Shown here piece after piece: positions 63,819-64,000 of a DNA stretch of 64,000 nt. Location: NCBI GenBank assembly GCA_964384125.1, contig CAYLKA010000005.1:1554-65553 (forward strand), read 5' to 3'. The stretch comes from an uncultured Gammaproteobacteria bacterium. Its GTDB lineage: Bacteria > Pseudomonadota > Gammaproteobacteria > Steroidobacterales > Rariloculaceae. A program made the position numbers and the translations under genes. Below the pieces are notes generated by a model. The model worked only from the letters and a program-made list of their open reading frames with translations. It did no database searches and was not told where the DNA came from. Each line of letters starts with the position of its first letter. The first letter of the stretch is position 1.

Positions 63819-64000
63819 ATGACAGACAGCAAAAACCAGCAACGTAAGCACATGGTGCTCTTGGGGTTGGTGGCCGTGAGCATGTTCGGCTTCGCATATG
63901 CACTGGTCCCGCTGTACGAGATTTTCTGCGATCTGACTGGCTTCAATGGTCGAACATTTTCGCAGACCACCGCGGCAGAAGCGCCCAGCGATGCAATCGG
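63819..64000 (+). CDS. ctaG: Cytochrome c oxidase assembly protein Cox11/CtaG (5' part, runs off the window)
   Basis: MTDSKNQQRKHMVLLGLVAVSMFGFAYALVPLYEIFCDLTGFNG: TM anchor plus the VPLY..FC..TG..G signature of Cox11. Confidence 0.8.
   Translation, partial: MTDSKNQQRKHMVLLGLVAVSMFGFAYALVPLYEIFCDLTGFNGRTFSQTTAAEAPSDAI

Overview
Proteobacterial chromosome segment, probably from a marine-type gammaproteobacterium. All calls rest on reading the ORF translations and the DNA by eye. No BLAST, HMM or folding search was possible, so family names come from motif recall.

Layout:
(1) 1-13.6 kb: a 14-subunit-type complex I operon, nuoC to nuoN, with C and D unfused and only a 4-codon nuoB tail at the left edge. 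nuoH is interrupted by one in-frame TAG. An initiator tRNA-fMet follows.
(2) 13.8-24.6 kb: a block in which every product carries an export signal. Two uncharacterised families dominate. Family A is small, DUF6152-like, with a mature HH N-terminus (4 copies). Family B has the ordered motifs PDLQGxW ... WEGDTLVV ... DPxxFTRPW (5 copies). They occur as neighbours and also fused, once to each other and once to a tandem VOC/glyoxalase module. The block also holds a secreted cupin, an amidohydrolase lipoprotein and an NHL beta-propeller.
(3) 24.6-59.3 kb: a dense carboxylate / aromatic-acid uptake and catabolism block.
- Transport: four TctC receptors, two TctA and one TctB (one as a TctA-TctB fusion), an MFS carrier and a TAXI-TRAP system.
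- Cupins and partners: three paralogous bicupins, one split bicupin and two EutA-like ASKHA ATPases.
- Metal handling: a NicO-type Ni/Co transporter.
- Aerobic-type enzymes: a Rieske oxygenase, a PhtD-like decarboxylase, a Zn-ADH, a PanB-like enzyme and a Cys-type alpha/beta hydrolase.
- Periplasmic pair: a Tat-exported ThDP enzyme next to a small cytochrome c.
- CoA route: a UbiD decarboxylase with a tandem-fused class III CoA-transferase.
(4) 59.5-64 kb: an aa3-type cytochrome c oxidase cluster (small assembly ORF, SURF1, hypothetical, coxB, coxA, cox11 partial).

I found no rRNA, CRISPR, transposase, integrase or recognisable transcription factor.

Best candidates for undescribed biology:
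- the exported A/B family system;
- the bicupin + EutA-like ATPase module;
- the Tat-ThDP enzyme / cytochrome c pair;
- the UbiD + fused CoA-transferase + TAXI-TRAP module.
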